64,000 bases of DNA from contig JBCCQY010000006.1 of NCBI GenBank assembly GCA_039208735.1, positions 1-64,000 on the forward strand. Reading direction: 5' to 3'. Origin of the DNA: Myxococcota bacterium. GTDB lineage: Bacteria > Myxococcota_A > UBA796 > GCA-2862545. Position numbers and translations under genes: made by a program. The notes beneath the pieces are model-generated. The model saw nothing but the letters and a program-made list of their open reading frames with translations. It made no database searches and was not told the DNA's origin. Below, piece by piece: positions 61,548-64,000 of this stretch (positions are counted from its first letter, which is position 1; every line of letters begins with the position of its first letter).

Positions 61548-61687
61548 GCCTCCCGGTTGACCAACCACGAGCCGAATCGTCTCGGCTTTACGAACGACGC
61601 TGTTGAAGGCTGCGAAAGGGATTTCGGTGGCTTGCTCCCATGTGATGTTAAGGTCGGTCCGGTCCGTCGAGCCATCAGGTGAGGTCG

Positions 61688-62251
61688 ATGTCTATCAGCC
61701 GGTTTCCCGTCGCAACTCTCCAGGACCTACCCGACGATCTCCGAGCGCGGATTGAGCCCATTGTGGAACGCTCAGGATTCGTACCCAACATCTTCTTGGC
61801 GTTAGCCCACCGACCCGCCGAGCTGCGCGCGTTTTTGGATTACCACGACGCTCTAATGGAGCGGGATTCCGGCCTGACCAAGGCGGAGCGCGAGATGATC
61901 GTAGTTGCAACTAGCGCAGCAAACGATTGTCTGTACTGTGTGGTCGCGCATGGCGCGATCTTACGGATCCGTGCAAAGAATCATGAGATCGCAGATCGGA
62001 TTGCCGCCAACTGGCGGACCGCGCCCGTGAGTGAGCGTCAGCGGGCCATGCTCACCTTTGCCGTTAAGCTGGCCCTTCGACCGGCAGAAGTCGAGCAAGC
62101 TGATTTGGCTTTGCTGGAGAAAGCTGGGTTTACCCAGGACGAGGTTTGGGACATGGGCTCGATTACGAGTTTGTTCGCCATGTCGAATCGTCTGGCTCAC
62201 ATGAGCGATCTCCAGCCGAACCCAGAGTTCTTTCGGCTTGGCCGCGGGTGA
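61688..62251 (+). CDS. Peroxidase-related AhpD/CMD-family enzyme
   Basis: GFVPNIF; EREMIVVATS; NDCLYCVVAHG; SNRLA. Confidence 0.93.
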   Translation: MSISRFPVATLQDLPDDLRARIEPIVERSGFVPNIFLALAHRPAELRAFLDYHDALMERDSGLTKAEREMIVVATSAANDCLYCVVAHGAILRIRAKNHEIADRIAANWRTAPVSERQRAMLTFAVKLALRPAEVEQADLALLEKAGFTQDEVWDMGSITSLFAMSNRLAHMSDLQPNPEFFRLGRG

Positions 62252-62334
62252 GGCAGGCGCATCTCGCCCCCCTGCGAAAGATGGCTGGATTCGCATCGCC
62301 AGCCCGGGCTCGCACAAACGTGATGTGGGGTTGT

Positions 62335-62355
62335 TATTGCAATTCAGTTGCAATA
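62335..62355. promoter_or_regulatory. Putative Zur-type operator, second copy
   Basis: TATTGCAATTCAGTTGCAATA; one mismatch to the reverse complement of 39894-39914; about 30 bp upstream of DUF1636. Confidence 0.8.
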
Positions 62356-62386
62356 GCGTCTGGACGTCCCTGGTCGAGGAGCCCGT

Positions 62387-62803
62387 ATGTTCGAGTCCGC
62401 ATCGTCGACGTTGGCGAGTCTTCGGTCGTGCACACTGCACGTTTGCACCTCGTGCCGGTCTCCGGGGACGCCGCGTGAGCCTCGAGAGAGCCGCCCCGGC
62501 TTCCTCCTCTTTCACGAGATCCGCGAAGCGTTTGCCGACAGTCCCATCAAGGACCGGGTGAACGTGCAGCCCGCAGAGTGCCTAAGCGTGTGCCCGCGCC
62601 CCTGTGGATTTGCCCTCTCGTCGCCGGGAGCGTGGACCTACCTCTTTGGGGACCAACGCCTCAAGGTGAGCGCCGCCGACATCGTGACCTGCGTCTCGCT
62701 CTACCTCGAGAGCCCAGACGGTTTTATGGCGAGAGAGCAACGCCCGTTTTACCTGCGTGCGAGTATTCTTGGGCGGGTGCCGCCCATTCAGGGAGAACGC
62801 TAG
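62387..62803 (+). CDS. DUF1636 putative metal-binding protein
   Basis: VCTSCR; ECLSVCPRPC; WTYLFGD; ILGRVPP. Confidence 0.88.
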   Translation: MFESASSTLASLRSCTLHVCTSCRSPGTPREPRESRPGFLLFHEIREAFADSPIKDRVNVQPAECLSVCPRPCGFALSSPGAWTYLFGDQRLKVSAADIVTCVSLYLESPDGFMAREQRPFYLRASILGRVPPIQGER

Positions 62804-63726
62804 TGCACCTCGCCGAGGGCGTATTGCCGCTTGAACAGGCCATTGGATGGAGCGCTGTGGCGGCCCCGGCCTTGATCTGGAGCATCCGTGGTGAGCAACG
62901 GGCCAGACAGGACGCTTCATCATCCTCGGTCCTCATGGCGGGTGCTACGAGCCTGCTTTTCGCCGCAACACTTCTTCCACTGCCCGTTCCCGTCGTGGGC
63001 GCAACCAGCCACATCTGCCTCACGCCGGTACTGAGCCTCATTGTGGGGGTTCGACGGATCGTGTGGCCGACCTTCTTCGTGCTCCTGTTGCAGGCCGTCT
63101 TCTTTGCGCACGGCGGGCTGACGACGCTGGGTGTCAACACGCTGACCTTGGGGTTGCTGGGTCCTCTAGCGACCGCAGGCCTCTGGGCTCTGTTGCGGAA
63201 GCTTGGTGCAGGTGGCGCCATGGGCCTGGGCCTGGCGTGCGCCATCGGTGGACTAAGTGTTTATGTGGCAGATGCGTTGGTGCTTGCTGCGGCGTTGTCC
63301 GATGTGGCCGCACCTCTGGTCACGTTCACCGGAGTGCTGCTGGGATTTGCGCCGGTCCAGGTTCCCCTTGCGGTACTCGAAGCGGTTGCGTCGGTCGGAA
63401 TCGTCCGGCTGCTTTCAACGCGTCGGCCAGACCTGCTTCCTGAGTCGCTGCAAACGCTACGCAAACCGTCGATTCCTAGTGCGACCGTCCTGGTCTTGTT
63501 GCTGGCCGTTGGCCTCGCGGGCTGCACCTACGAGGGCATCGACGGGACGGTTTTTGGCGCGGTTGCGGAGTCGGCGGGGCGGCCCCCGACCGAGAGCCTC
63601 CTCGACCTAAGTCAGGGCGAGGTTGGACTTGCGATGTCGATCCTCATCCTCTTCGGACTTGGGTTCATCGCCGGGCGCAGCTGGGAGCGCGTGCTCGGAG
63701 GTCGGGGAAATGCACTTCCACGCTGA
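62803..63726 (+). CDS. cbiM: ECF transporter S component CbiM with fused CbiN-like C-terminus
   Basis: MHLAEG N-terminus; TSH; LLLQAVFFAHGGLTTLGVN; QVPLAVLE; extra two-TM tail. Confidence 0.88.
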   Translation: MHLAEGVLPLEQAIGWSAVAAPALIWSIRGEQRARQDASSSSVLMAGATSLLFAATLLPLPVPVVGATSHICLTPVLSLIVGVRRIVWPTFFVLLLQAVFFAHGGLTTLGVNTLTLGLLGPLATAGLWALLRKLGAGGAMGLGLACAIGGLSVYVADALVLAAALSDVAAPLVTFTGVLLGFAPVQVPLAVLEAVASVGIVRLLSTRRPDLLPESLQTLRKPSIPSATVLVLLLAVGLAGCTYEGIDGTVFGAVAESAGRPPTESLLDLSQGEVGLAMSILILFGLGFIAGRSWERVLGGRGNALPR

Positions 63727-64000
63727 CCACTCGCTGTTCTTCGAGCGTCGCCAACCGCTATGGAGAGCTGCGACGAGTCTGGCGCTGACGGCTTGTGTGC
63801 TGATCGTGAACGCAGGGGCGACCAGTTTGGTCGTGTCTGTGGTCGGAGCAGGCACGGGAGCCCTCCTCTTGGTCGTCGCGCGCCTCCGGGGGCATCGGAG
63901 AATCGAGCCGGTTCTCGCCTGGACCCTGGCTCTGGTTGCCCTCGCCTTGCTCGGCGGTGTGGCGCTAAGTGGCGATCTGACTCGGGTCGCCGAAACGGCC
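63710..64000 (+). CDS. Probable ECF T component CbiQ (3' partial)
   Basis: Hydrophobic open frame MHFHADHSLFFERR... overlapping the cbiM stop; position in the operon. Confidence 0.55.
   Translation, partial: MHFHADHSLFFERRQPLWRAATSLALTACVLIVNAGATSLVVSVVGAGTGALLLVVARLRGHRRIEPVLAWTLALVALALLGGVALSGDLTRVAETA

Noticed and set aside
62252..62386. Cobalamin riboswitch upstream of cbiM
   Set aside because: Short leader lacking conserved B12-box sequences by eye

Overview
A GC-rich bacterial window. The many short-signal lipoproteins, Ser/Thr kinase-STAND-TPR protein, Oar-type TonB-receptor motif and TSP3/vWA proteins suggest a Myxococcota-like organism (inference). It holds about 50 CDS and no rRNA, tRNA or CRISPR array that I can see. 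Main observations: (1) the right end of an IS3-family element (1-140) truncates an unusual VIT-vWA-TonB-dependent-receptor fusion; (2) a ~3050-aa signal-peptide-bearing PPC-repeat/vWA/Ig/RHS protein ends in a 99-aa hydrophobic tip, has no downstream immunity gene, and has a divergent secreted partner; (3) a near-identical 21-bp palindrome precedes both the COG0523 metallochaperone and the DUF1636-cbiM(N)-cbiQ operon, suggesting a Zur-like metal regulon instead of a B12 riboswitch; (4) two TSP3-repeat lipoprotein paralogues differ by a cleanly swapped vWA module; (5) a SoxR-like regulator and SoxR-type box face a Cys-rich MerF-like fusion; (6) a probable 10-bladed propeller lipoprotein, a stand-alone GspC-type PDZ lipoprotein, a decayed ECF sigma remnant and a homopolymer frameshift. 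All family calls come from motif recognition by eye; no searches were run.
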